Source of the DNA: an uncultured Candidatus Saccharibacteria bacterium
Lineage (GTDB): Bacteria; Patescibacteriota; Doudnabacteria; UBA920
DNA length: 64,000 nucleotides
Assembly (NCBI GenBank): GCA_964532005.1
Contig: CAZHER010000001.1
Location: forward strand, 55,502 to 119,501
Reading direction: 5' to 3'
Shown here: positions 40,351 to 49,996 of the stretch, one piece after another
Layout of the letters: the number at the start of each line of letters is the position of its first letter
Position numbering within the stretch: position 1 is the stretch's first letter
Translations under genes and position numbers: made by a program
Notes under the pieces: generated by a model
What the model was told of the DNA's origin: nothing
The model's input: the letters and a program-made list of their open reading frames with translations, nothing else
The model's database searches: none

Positions 40351-40379
40351 ATTATAGCAGATTTTTGATATTTTGTCAA
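40351..40379 (-). promoter_or_regulatory. Perfect sigma70 promoter on minus strand with no evident gene
   Basis: Reverse complement TTGACA aaatatcaaaaatctgc TATAAT. Confidence 0.65.
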
Positions 40380-40447
40380 GCATGTCAAAAATCAATAAAT
40401 TTGGTATAATTATAGGTACTAAATCCTAATTTTTTGAATTTTTATTT

Positions 40448-41935
40448 ATGAACGACAGGCTTGAAGATATTGTTTCGTTCCGTCGTAAAAAACTGGAAAA
40501 TTTTGTGGCTGCTGGGCACAATCCATTCCCTTCAACTACTAAACGAACCCATACAAACCAACAGGTGCAAGACAGCTTTGATAGTTTGGAGAGCTCCAAA
40601 GCTTCTGTTACCGTTGTCGGCAGAATTCGCAGTTTGCGGAATATTGGCAAGCTTTGCTTCGTAAGTATTGAGGACGGTACTGGTCGTATTCAAACTTTGG
40701 TGAAGTCAGATGTTGTCGGCGATGAAAAGTTTAATTTCTTTGTGGATAATTTTGACATTGGCGATTTTGTAGAATTTACAGGAACCTTGTTTGTAACTAA
40801 GACCGGAGAAAAAACCGTCCAAGTTGCTGACTATGCTGTTTTAGCAAAATCGCTCTTACCGCTTCCTTCAGAACATTACGGCTTGGAAGATTTAGAACAG
40901 AAATTGCGGAAGCGCTATTTAGATATTTTGTTAAACCCAGAAAATAAAGAATTGTTTGTTAGGAAGAACAAGTTCTGGTCTTCCATGCGTCAGTTTTTAG
41001 TTTCAAAAGGATTTTTAGAATTGGAAATGCCAGTTCTGGAGCCAACCCCAGGTGGTGCTGAGGCAGAGCCGTTTGTTACCCATCACAATGCTTTGGATCG
41101 CGATTTTTTCCTCCGCATTTCCTTGGAGCTGCCTTTAAAAAAAATGCTGGTGGCGGGGTATGAAAAAGTTTTTGAAATCGGACGAATTTTTCGGAACGAA
41201 GGTATTTCCACAACTCACTTACAAGACTACACGCAAATGGAATTTTATTGGGCTTACGGCGATTTTCAAAAACTTATGGACTTTGTCCGAGATATGTACC
41301 AATATGTCATTCAGGAAACTTTTGGCAGTTTGCAGATTACTTCTGGCGGCGCAACCGTGGATTGGAGCGGTGAATGGAGCAAAGTCGACTACATTGCTTT
41401 GTTCAAAGAGCATACGGGAATTGACTTGGAAACTGCGGGAGATGATGAGTTGAAAAAGTATGCTGACACCCAAGGGATTAAGTATGAAAATTTTGCCCGC
41501 CGTGGCAGATTGATAGATTTGATTTTCAAAAAGGTGCGCGGCAACATTCCAACAGGCAAGCCGGTTTTTTTGATAAACCAGCCTATTGAGCTTGAGCCGC
41601 TAGCCAAGCGCGATCCTAATAACCCCAAGGTTGTCCAGAGAATGCAGATTATTGCTTACGGTACAGAATTAGGCAAGGGGTTTGGTGAGTTGAATGACCC
41701 TATTGACCAGAGGAAACGGTTTGAAGAACAAATGGAGCTGCGTGCGGCCGGAGACAGCGAAGCCCAGCAACTTGATGAAGATTATGTTGAAGCTATGGAA
41801 TACGGAATGCCACCAGCAGCTGGATTTGGTTTGAGCGAACGTTTGTTTGCCGTGTTGGCCGATCGGTCCATTCGTGAGACAGTAATTTTCCCGCCAATGA
41901 AGGCGGAATCGAAGCCAGAAGGGACCGAGAACTAA
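40448..41935 (+). CDS. lysS: Lysine--tRNA ligase (class II)
   Basis: OB anticodon domain, GGAEAEPFVTHHN, FEIGRIFRNEG, YGMPPAAGFG. Confidence 0.97.
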   Translation: MNDRLEDIVSFRRKKLENFVAAGHNPFPSTTKRTHTNQQVQDSFDSLESSKASVTVVGRIRSLRNIGKLCFVSIEDGTGRIQTLVKSDVVGDEKFNFFVDNFDIGDFVEFTGTLFVTKTGEKTVQVADYAVLAKSLLPLPSEHYGLEDLEQKLRKRYLDILLNPENKELFVRKNKFWSSMRQFLVSKGFLELEMPVLEPTPGGAEAEPFVTHHNALDRDFFLRISLELPLKKMLVAGYEKVFEIGRIFRNEGISTTHLQDYTQMEFYWAYGDFQKLMDFVRDMYQYVIQETFGSLQITSGGATVDWSGEWSKVDYIALFKEHTGIDLETAGDDELKKYADTQGIKYENFARRGRLIDLIFKKVRGNIPTGKPVFLINQPIELEPLAKRDPNNPKVVQRMQIIAYGTELGKGFGELNDPIDQRKRFEEQMELRAAGDSEAQQLDEDYVEAMEYGMPPAAGFGLSERLFAVLADRSIRETVIFPPMKAESKPEGTEN

Positions 41936-41955
41936 GGAAATTAATTTTTTACAAA

Positions 41956-43305
41956 ATGTTGGACATAAAATTCATCAGGGAAAATGCTGAACTGGTCAAG
42001 AAAGCCATTACAGATAAAAGGGTAAATTTGGATTTGGATCAGTTGCTAGAAATTGACCAGCGTCGAAGAGCTTTAATGGCAGAAACCGAAACTTTGCAGG
42101 CAACAAAAAATGCTGTATCAAAAGAGATTCCAAATCTTGGCGAGGAAGAGCGCAAGGTAAAGATTTTGGAGATGAAGGAAGTTGATTCGAAACAGGAACT
42201 TTTGAATTCGCAGTTAAAAGAAGTTGATGTAGAATTTCAAAATCTGATGTTGTTGGTACCAAATATACCTTCGCCGTTGGTACCGGTTGGGGCGGATGAT
42301 ACCGCAAACGTTCCTTATACATACTGGTCTCCGGCTCTGGGTTCGATAGACGCAAAAGACGAATCTAAAGTTTCAGAAGTCCCGTCTAAGTTTGAATTTG
42401 AAGTCAAAGACCATGTTGAGCTGGGGAAAAATCTTGATCTTATCGATACTGAAAGAGGTGTAGAAACTTCCGGTTTCCGTGGTTATTATCTGAAAAACGA
42501 AGCAGTGCTAATGCAGTACGGTCTGCTTTGGCATGCCTTGAAAAAACTTCAGGAAAAAGGATTTACTTTGATGGTACCTCCTGTTTTAGTGAGGGAACAC
42601 GCTTTGGTTGGCAGCGGCCATTTTCCAACAGGCAAGGAGGAAATCTATCGGGCAGGCAATGCTGCCGCTTTTGAAGAAGAAGCCACCAAAGAGCCTATAT
42701 ACTTGGCGGGAACTTCTGAGCCTTCGTTGCTCGCGTATTACAAAGACATGGTACTTGACGAGTCCCAGCTGCCAATTCAGGTTTGTGGCATAACCCCATG
42801 CTATAGAAGTGAAATTGGTAGTTACGGCAAAGATACCAAAGGAATTTATAGGATTCATGAGTTTATGAAAGTTGAGCAGATGATTGTGTGCAAAGCGGAC
42901 GTTGCCGAGTCTGACGAGTGGTTGGAAAAATTGCGTGAAATAAGCCAAGAAATTTTGCAGGATCTAAAATTGCCCCACCGAGTTTTAAGTATTTGTACTG
43001 GCGACATGGGCGCTGGGAAATACAAAATGTATGATATTGAAACATGGATGCCTTCACGCGGAAGCTATGGCGAGACTCACAGTGATTCAAATCTTACCGA
43101 CTGGCAGTCAAGGCGGTTGAATATTCGCTATAAAGATAAGGAAGGGAATATTAAATTTGCTTACACATTAAACAACACAGCTATTGCCAGCCCGCGCATT
43201 CTTATTCCAATATTGGAAAATTATCAGCAAGCTGATGGGAGTGTGGTGGTGCCGGAAATTTTGAGACAGTATGTAGGCAAAGATGTAATTGTTCCGGTGA
43301 AATAA
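41956..43305 (+). CDS. serS: Serine--tRNA ligase
   Basis: MLDIKFIREN, GTSE, CYRSE, RIHEF.KVE, YDIETWMP, TLNNTA. Confidence 0.97.
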   Translation: MLDIKFIRENAELVKKAITDKRVNLDLDQLLEIDQRRRALMAETETLQATKNAVSKEIPNLGEEERKVKILEMKEVDSKQELLNSQLKEVDVEFQNLMLLVPNIPSPLVPVGADDTANVPYTYWSPALGSIDAKDESKVSEVPSKFEFEVKDHVELGKNLDLIDTERGVETSGFRGYYLKNEAVLMQYGLLWHALKKLQEKGFTLMVPPVLVREHALVGSGHFPTGKEEIYRAGNAAAFEEEATKEPIYLAGTSEPSLLAYYKDMVLDESQLPIQVCGITPCYRSEIGSYGKDTKGIYRIHEFMKVEQMIVCKADVAESDEWLEKLREISQEILQDLKLPHRVLSICTGDMGAGKYKMYDIETWMPSRGSYGETHSDSNLTDWQSRRLNIRYKDKEGNIKFAYTLNNTAIASPRILIPILENYQQADGSVVVPEILRQYVGKDVIVPVK

Positions 43306-43314
43306 TAATTGTAA

Positions 43315-44589
43315 ATGAATCAATTTTTGAAACAAAAATTAAAAAGCTATTTGGGTACGTTAACGAGAAGAATTATTGCCAAGTATAACCCCAAGATAGT
43401 TGGCATAACTGGAAGCGTAGGCAAAACTTCTACTAAAGAAGCTGTATATGTTGCTTTGAATCAAAAGTTCAGAGTTAGAAAGACAGAGCGAAATTATAAC
43501 AACGAGTTTGGGTTGCCGTTGACGGTAATAGGCGCGTCCAGCCCCGAGGGGAGTGCTTTAAAATGGATTTATGTTCTAGCCAAAGCCGTATCCTTGGTTT
43601 TGGTCAATCAAAAGTATCCGGATATTCTGGTTCTTGAGATGGGGATAGATCGCCCCAATGATATGGATTACCTAGTTTCTTTGGCCAGGCCGAATGTAGC
43701 AGTAGTTACTACAATCGGAATGTCCCACTACCAGTTTTTCAGTAATCTTGCTGAGATAGAACACGAAAAAGGCAAGATTGTAGAGGCGGTGGACCAAGCC
43801 GGGTTCGTAGTTTTGAATGCGGACAATGAGCCAGCGTTGAGACAGCGCAGCAAAACTCAAGCAAAAGTTATTACTTATGGACGTGATATTGAAGCCTCTG
43901 TAGTTTTGGATAGTTTTGTTGAGAATTTAGACAGCAAAGTTTCAACTCGTCTGGTTGTTAAATATGGCGGCGAGAGAAGCGAGATTGATATTCCTGCCGT
44001 AGGGGAAACCCATATTTCCGCAGTGCTTGCAGGAATAGCAGTTGCTAAGATTTTGGGTGTAGAGCAAAGCTTGCTTGCCAAAGGTATGTTGAATTATAGA
44101 CCAGCCCCGAGTCGCCTTAATGTGATCGGCGGTATTAAACATTCGGTCATTATTGACGACAGTTATAACGCAGCCCCTGATTCTATGAGAGAGGCTTTAG
44201 GTCTGTTGAAAAGAATGCCTCATGATCATAAGATGGCCGTTTTAGGAAGCATGCTTGAATTGGGTGGGATGTCAGAACAAGAGCACGTGAAAGTTGGAAA
44301 AGTGGTGGCAGAAATAAAACCAGACCATTTAATTACCATCGGGGAAGAAGGGAAAATTATTGCCGATAGCGCCAAAAGCTCTGGCATGGATTCAAATAGG
44401 GTTTTGGAATTTGATACTGCAGATGAAGCTCGTAAGACCGTGCAGAATTTGCTGGAGCCAGATTCGGTAATTTTGGTTAAGGGGTCACAGGGTGTGAGAA
44501 TGGAAAAAATTGTAACAGAAATTATGGCTGAACCGATGCGCGCCGGCGAATTAGTATGCCGTCAATACGGCGCATGGTTAAAAAGATAA
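43315..44589 (+). CDS. murF: UDP-MurNAc-tripeptide--D-Ala-D-Ala ligase
   Basis: GITGSVGKTSTKE, NNEFGLPLT, IDDSYNA, LGSMLELG, LVKGS. Confidence 0.93.
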   Translation: MNQFLKQKLKSYLGTLTRRIIAKYNPKIVGITGSVGKTSTKEAVYVALNQKFRVRKTERNYNNEFGLPLTVIGASSPEGSALKWIYVLAKAVSLVLVNQKYPDILVLEMGIDRPNDMDYLVSLARPNVAVVTTIGMSHYQFFSNLAEIEHEKGKIVEAVDQAGFVVLNADNEPALRQRSKTQAKVITYGRDIEASVVLDSFVENLDSKVSTRLVVKYGGERSEIDIPAVGETHISAVLAGIAVAKILGVEQSLLAKGMLNYRPAPSRLNVIGGIKHSVIIDDSYNAAPDSMREALGLLKRMPHDHKMAVLGSMLELGGMSEQEHVKVGKVVAEIKPDHLITIGEEGKIIADSAKSSGMDSNRVLEFDTADEARKTVQNLLEPDSVILVKGSQGVRMEKIVTEIMAEPMRAGELVCRQYGAWLKR

Positions 44590-44592
44590 AGC

Positions 44593-45597
44593 ATGGAAAG
44601 AAGACGGTTGGATCCCAGAGCAAGATTTCAGCATGCGCATTTTACCCGCAAGCTCCAAAAAGCCAGAAATTACAAAAGAAATAATAGACCTAGATCCGAG
44701 GATAGATTGCAGGCCGGACTTCAAAAGATAGGCTTGGCAGGCTTGGCAACGCAAATTGGGTTGGCGGGGCTTTTGATTTTTTTGTGTTATGTGTTGTACG
44801 TTCCCAACCCTTTATTTGTAAGAAAAGTATATTTTGAGGGGATGAGTATACAGCATCAGACCGCAGCAGAAAACAGCGTCAAAAAATATTTTCTGCAAAA
44901 GCCTTGGTACAACCCGTCTTTTAACATGCTGTTTATCAACCAAAACAGCTTGGCAAATTTCGTGGCCAAGGAAGTGCCAGTTGTTTCTAAAATTGAAAAA
45001 ATTGATAAAAATTGGAAGGAGCGAACTATTGAAGTTGAGATCATCGAAAAATACGAGAGATACCTGGTTGTTAGACCGGAAGACAGGCTGGTACTGTACA
45101 ACGACGGTACTGTTGCGGGAAGTTTAGGAAAATTGGAAGGTGATTTACCTCAAAGCGGTTCGGTTGTGTCGGTAAGTGTGAATGACAGAAGCAAGGTAGA
45201 TATATCATCGCAATATTTCGATCAGAATATAATTGATTTTATAGAAAATTCTGCCGTCATGCTTCCTGAGTATACTGGACAAAATTTTATGTACTTCAAA
45301 GTGTTTTTGTCAGATCAGGAGCAAGGCGAATCTAATGAATTCTTCAAACTTTGGAATAAAGCAGCTTTGGAGGCGGTTTTGGCCAAAAAGCCGGAAGCAG
45401 GCAAAAGCAATCCTGCCGTGATGAGAATAGTTTTAGAGCCTGGTTTGGATCTTGCGTCTACAGCTGAGAGGCTGAAATTGCTATTGGAACAAACCACACC
45501 GGACAGGTACAGAAATATTTTGTATGTTGATATGCGTTTGCAAAATCGAGCATATTTGTGTTTAATTAATACTCCATGCGATAGTTCTAATCCTTAA
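44593..45597 (+). CDS. FtsQ/DivIB-like cell division protein
   Basis: Basic N-terminus, single TM, POTRA-like segment, C-terminal 'YVDMR'. Confidence 0.6.
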   Translation: MERRRLDPRARFQHAHFTRKLQKARNYKRNNRPRSEDRLQAGLQKIGLAGLATQIGLAGLLIFLCYVLYVPNPLFVRKVYFEGMSIQHQTAAENSVKKYFLQKPWYNPSFNMLFINQNSLANFVAKEVPVVSKIEKIDKNWKERTIEVEIIEKYERYLVVRPEDRLVLYNDGTVAGSLGKLEGDLPQSGSVVSVSVNDRSKVDISSQYFDQNIIDFIENSAVMLPEYTGQNFMYFKVFLSDQEQGESNEFFKLWNKAALEAVLAKKPEAGKSNPAVMRIVLEPGLDLASTAERLKLLLEQTTPDRYRNILYVDMRLQNRAYLCLINTPCDSSNP

Positions 45598-45605
45598 ATA
45601 ATTTT

Positions 45606-46292
45606 ATGAAAAAAGAAACTTTTGTCCTATCGGTCGGCGGATCGGTTTTGGTTCCCAATGAAATAAACAATAAGTTCTTGAAAAGTTTTTTGGCTTTAAT
45701 CCGTCAGCAGGTGAAAAAGGGTAACCGTTTTATTTTGGTTGTGGGTGGCGGAGCGCCGGCAAGAAATTATCAAAATGCTCTCAAGTCGAGCATAAAGCCG
45801 GATAAGAGTGTACTTGATTGGATGGGCATTGCCGCAACCCATCTCAATGCCAATTTGATGCGTCATGCGTTGGGTGAACTGGCGGAAAAAGCCATAGTAA
45901 CAAATCCAGAAAAGCCTGGAAAAATGAATCGACCGGTGTTGGTTTCTGGAGGATGGAAACCAGGACGCAGTACAGACTACGAAGCTGTGATGTTGGCGGA
46001 TCATTTTGGTGCTTCGACAATAATAAATATGAGCAATATTGATTATGTGTATGATAAGGATCCAAGGAAGTTTAAAAACGCTAAAAAAATCCAGCTTATT
46101 GATTGGAGCTCATTTCAAAGAATTGTTGGTACTAAGTGGAACCCTGGAGCAAATGTGCCTTTTGATCCGACTGCAACAAAATACGCCAAAGCAAGAAACC
46201 AGAAGGTTATTATCTTAAATGGCAATGACATTCAAAATTTGGCGTTAGCTTTGAGCGGAAAAGGTAAATTTAAGGGAACGGTCGTAGCTTAG
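45606..46292 (+). CDS. pyrH: UMP kinase, archaeal type
   Basis: SVGGS, VGGGAPAR.Y, 'GWKPGRSTD', 'VYDKDP', 'PGANVPFDP'. Confidence 0.93.
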   Translation: MKKETFVLSVGGSVLVPNEINNKFLKSFLALIRQQVKKGNRFILVVGGGAPARNYQNALKSSIKPDKSVLDWMGIAATHLNANLMRHALGELAEKAIVTNPEKPGKMNRPVLVSGGWKPGRSTDYEAVMLADHFGASTIINMSNIDYVYDKDPRKFKNAKKIQLIDWSSFQRIVGTKWNPGANVPFDPTATKYAKARNQKVIILNGNDIQNLALALSGKGKFKGTVVA

Positions 46293-46294
46293 TT

Positions 46295-47815
46295 TTAATT
46301 GACTTTATACTGGGTTATATATATAGTTGTGCCCAGGTACGGCATCACATCCTCGTATTCGCGTTCTTGAATTTGTGTCCAATTAGACGGGGTCATTGGT
46401 TTGTCGCTACTATATGCTTTCGTCCAAACCAGCCACACAGTATCTTCCGCTAAAACTGATGTTTTTAGATCTGCGGCCAAATCGTTTTCTGCAAGAAGGG
46501 CGGTACCGTCATAATGTGCAAGTTCACTAACTTTGGCCCTTCCATTTGTATAAAGCTTGGGAGAGTTCTGGGTTTTTGAATAATATTTTAAGTTAAAGTA
46601 TTCAAAAGGAGTGCCAACAATAGTTTTGTCTTTGTTGCCGTTGGCGTATTGGTTTAAATATGCGGCAGCCCCTGCCATTCCAGGTTTGGTAGCAGCTCCT
46701 TGTTCGTACCAAAACCCGCCAAAAGCAATCAAGTTAAGCCCAACTACCAATACTGATATTGTCCTAAAACCAATACCCTGTTTCCACTGGGAAATCCACA
46801 GTGCCAAGGCTATTAAATATAGCGGGCCGATTAAAACAAAATATCGAATTAAATATACGGAGCTGGTGTGCCCTTGTAAGCGGTTGATCATTAAAAACAA
46901 GAGCGCTCCGGCAAACGGGGCAAGTATACCAAGTAAAATTAGCCATTTTTCTTTCTGTTTTATAGTCTTAGTGAACCCATATAGCATTGCCATGGCAAAT
47001 ACGGTTACGGCAATCAACATCCATTCAGTTGGAATTTTTCCGCTGTGCCAGCCAAATGTCAGATCCCAAAATGTATACGGAATACTCCATCGTGTCATTG
47101 CCCATATCCAAAATCCTTCTTGGACTTGGCCGAGCTGGAACAGAAACGGTTTCAGCCAAGGGATGTATAAAATAGCTACCGCAATAGTTGAACCAAGGAA
47201 AGGCAAATATTTACGCCAATCTTTCCCGTAAGTTTTTATTAAATATCCTAAGGCGTAAATCCCTAAAGCGATTAAATTGAAAGACAGATAGTAGTGTGTA
47301 TAAATTAAGCTTGCTCCAAAAACAGCAAACAGCATATACAAAATCCACATTCTTTTTACGTTGCCCCGGTAGTAAAGTGCGGCAAGTAGCGACGCGGTTG
47401 CAGCGAGTAACAACATCACTCCCAAAGTGTACATACGGGCTTCCAAACTCCCTCGGTGTATTTGGAAAAAATTAACGGCAAGAAACACGGCACTTAAGAT
47501 GGCAGCTTTCTTGCTGAAAAAATATTTTTCTACCAAGTAATAGGTGAGCCATATAGCAATGATCCCGCAAAAAACTGAGAATCCTCTGAGCCAGAAAACC
47601 GATTCGCCGAAAATTCCTACCCAGAATCTGAGTAATATATAGTACAACGGAGGGTGAACATCGGTTGCCAATCTTTGCATCATTTCCCCCCATGGGTAAC
47701 GAAGCATAAGTGCAGAAAAGGCTTCGTCGTGCCAGAGAGAAATTTTTGTCAGGCTGTATAGTCTCAGGATCAGACCCCCGGTCAAAATTCCTGTGAGCCA
47801 ATAATATTTTTTCAT
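46295..47815 (-). CDS. GT-C fold glycosyltransferase (PMT/ArnT-like)
   Basis: 'SLWHDEAFS', 'DVHPPLYY', 'EARMY', many TM helices. Confidence 0.85.
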   Translation of the reverse strand: MKKYYWLTGILTGGLILRLYSLTKISLWHDEAFSALMLRYPWGEMMQRLATDVHPPLYYILLRFWVGIFGESVFWLRGFSVFCGIIAIWLTYYLVEKYFFSKKAAILSAVFLAVNFFQIHRGSLEARMYTLGVMLLLAATASLLAALYYRGNVKRMWILYMLFAVFGASLIYTHYYLSFNLIALGIYALGYLIKTYGKDWRKYLPFLGSTIAVAILYIPWLKPFLFQLGQVQEGFWIWAMTRWSIPYTFWDLTFGWHSGKIPTEWMLIAVTVFAMAMLYGFTKTIKQKEKWLILLGILAPFAGALLFLMINRLQGHTSSVYLIRYFVLIGPLYLIALALWISQWKQGIGFRTISVLVVGLNLIAFGGFWYEQGAATKPGMAGAAAYLNQYANGNKDKTIVGTPFEYFNLKYYSKTQNSPKLYTNGRAKVSELAHYDGTALLAENDLAADLKTSVLAEDTVWLVWTKAYSSDKPMTPSNWTQIQEREYEDVMPYLGTTIYITQYKVN

Positions 47816-47838
47816 AGTCTCGTGGTTAATTTAAATTT

Positions 47839-49569
47839 TTATGGGATTTTATAAACTGCTAAAATGACTTGGCCGAATTTGTTTCGTCTTTCTAAGTTGA
47901 GCCTTGCCTGAGGCCAGTTCTCTTTGAATTTTTTTATATCGAACACTGTCGTGGTGGTGAATATTACCTCATCACCGGATTTTAGATTTTTTAGCTTCCA
48001 GATATCGGGAGGATTAACCTTCGTATAGGGCTGGTTTTTTCGATTACCAGGATTTGTTCCATCCACGGTTGTTAAATAGTCTACAGTTTGCAAAAAGAAT
48101 TCGTCTAATACCAAAAATGTATTCTCTCTGGTGTGACGGTTTGGAAAATTTGCAGGAATCTTGCCGGCCGGAATACTTTTTGAATCATTATCGAACCCGT
48201 TTAAATAATTGCTTACGCCGGTAAGGTCAGAACGAAAACTGAGATATTGTTCTGCACTGGCACTGCTCAAACCAAAGTATAAGTAATAACTTTGTAAAAT
48301 TAATGCACCGGCAAATACAGCAACCACAAGCCATGACATTGTTGTAAGAAGTTTTTGTTTAATTCCAGAAAGCCAGTTCCAGTATAAAGATCTTGTTTTT
48401 TGAACAAAGTCTACGGCAATTATTATTCCCCAAGCGCTTAAAATAAATACCGGTGGAATTACGCCTATGCTGCGTAAGCCGTGAGGGATCCCTTCTGCAG
48501 TGGTTACAGCAGGCAGCATCATACCCCAAAACCAACCTGCCAATAGAAAATGTTTCCAGTCATCACCGTGCTTGTTGGGGTAAAAAATATATCTTATAGC
48601 TAACAATGTTGAGAGTACTAGAGCTAAGGCAAAGAAAGGTGAAACCACAGCTGGCAGAAATGGTTGACCTGAAACATTGTGCCGCCAGTTTAAGTCGCCT
48701 TCATAAAAAAATCCCAATAAACTTTGTTTGGTCGTTTCACCTAGGGTGGCTAGAAGTTTCCCTTTGTTGAGATCTGGGTTAAATATACTAACTTGACTGC
48801 TTCTACCGACGAATGACCCAGGATGAGTATAAAAGTAGTGAGCTAGCGGAAAAATAACAATAATGAAAGTTATGATTAAGGTTATCGCCGGGGAGACAAA
48901 ACGCCTAGTCCAAAAGAACTGCGGTTTTCTAATAACATCAAAAATCCAAGGCCAGATTAAGGCGATACCCAAGATAGGAACCATTACTCTGTAAGCGATG
49001 TAAGTATAAAATCCGAGTGCAAAAACAGATCCTGTAAATATGGACCACAAAATTCTTTTCACTTTTGTGGGCGACGAATATAGACACAGTATTCCCCAAA
49101 CAACAGCAGCGGCAAATAGGGGAATGAGGTTGGCACGAAAAGCCGTGCGCGACAAGGTAATGTGCCAAGTGGACACAGCCATAAGGAAAGCGGACAACAA
49201 TCCAATGTATACTGCGCGCTTCGAGTTATCTGGGGAAGCAGTGTTAAATATTTTGAATAATTTTCGAGCCACAAGAAAGCATAATAATACGGCTATGACG
49301 CCGACAACTGCTGATACAATGTGGTGTTGCCATGGTCCTTTTCCGAAAAGCTCAACACTTCCCCAGAGCATGTAAAAAAATAGTGCTTCACGACCATTGC
49401 CTCTTTCGTAAAACGGTTGAAGCTGACCTTGTTGCATCAGATTGATATCTAACCCATTTGCTGCTTCGTCGGGAAACAATCCCCCTGGTAGTTCAGTTAT
49501 TTGGTAAAATCTGAAAAATATGGCCAATGCCACTATGAATATTAAGGTAAAAATTTGTTTTTTTGTCAT
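47839..49569 (-). CDS. GT-C fold glycosyltransferase (PMT/ArnT-like)
   Basis: 'PGGLFPDEAANG', 'WHITLSR.AFRA', 'GFYTY.AYR', many TM helices. Confidence 0.85.
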   Translation of the reverse strand: MTKKQIFTLIFIVALAIFFRFYQITELPGGLFPDEAANGLDINLMQQGQLQPFYERGNGREALFFYMLWGSVELFGKGPWQHHIVSAVVGVIAVLLCFLVARKLFKIFNTASPDNSKRAVYIGLLSAFLMAVSTWHITLSRTAFRANLIPLFAAAVVWGILCLYSSPTKVKRILWSIFTGSVFALGFYTYIAYRVMVPILGIALIWPWIFDVIRKPQFFWTRRFVSPAITLIITFIIVIFPLAHYFYTHPGSFVGRSSQVSIFNPDLNKGKLLATLGETTKQSLLGFFYEGDLNWRHNVSGQPFLPAVVSPFFALALVLSTLLAIRYIFYPNKHGDDWKHFLLAGWFWGMMLPAVTTAEGIPHGLRSIGVIPPVFILSAWGIIIAVDFVQKTRSLYWNWLSGIKQKLLTTMSWLVVAVFAGALILQSYYLYFGLSSASAEQYLSFRSDLTGVSNYLNGFDNDSKSIPAGKIPANFPNRHTRENTFLVLDEFFLQTVDYLTTVDGTNPGNRKNQPYTKVNPPDIWKLKNLKSGDEVIFTTTTVFDIKKFKENWPQARLNLERRNKFGQVILAVYKIP

Positions 49570-49621
49570 GTTGGTTTCTAGCTTGAGACAGCAACCTTTT
49601 CTTGCTAAAATATATAGGAAT

Positions 49622-49993
49622 ATGGCAGATTTGGAAGCAAAACCCTCAATTTATCAAAAAATACTGGCCAGCTCAGGTTTGGTCTCTTTTTTATGGGCGG
49701 CGACAATTGTCACTATTATTATAACATTTATTATTACCTACTTTAAGGCAAGAAGCGGCTTATCTACGGTTGCCCTTCACTATAACGTTATTATAGGAGT
49801 TGATATGCTGGGAAAAAGTTGGGAACTCTTTTTTATACCTTTATCGTCAACAGGAATCGGAATAATAAATTATTTAGTTTATCGTTTTGCAATTCCCAAG
49901 GGAGATTTTTTGGGCACTTTAACCGCCTTATCTAGCTGGTTGGTAGCGCTAATTTTATGTACAGCTTTATTATTCTTATTTTCAGTGAATTAG
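49622..49993 (+). CDS. Small membrane protein (DUF1648-like)
   Basis: Three TM helices, 'VALHYNVIIGVD'; ATG 49622 avoids overlap with divergent gene. Confidence 0.6.
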   Translation: MADLEAKPSIYQKILASSGLVSFLWAATIVTIIITFIITYFKARSGLSTVALHYNVIIGVDMLGKSWELFFIPLSSTGIGIINYLVYRFAIPKGDFLGTLTALSSWLVALILCTALLFLFSVN

Positions 49994-49996
49994 ATT

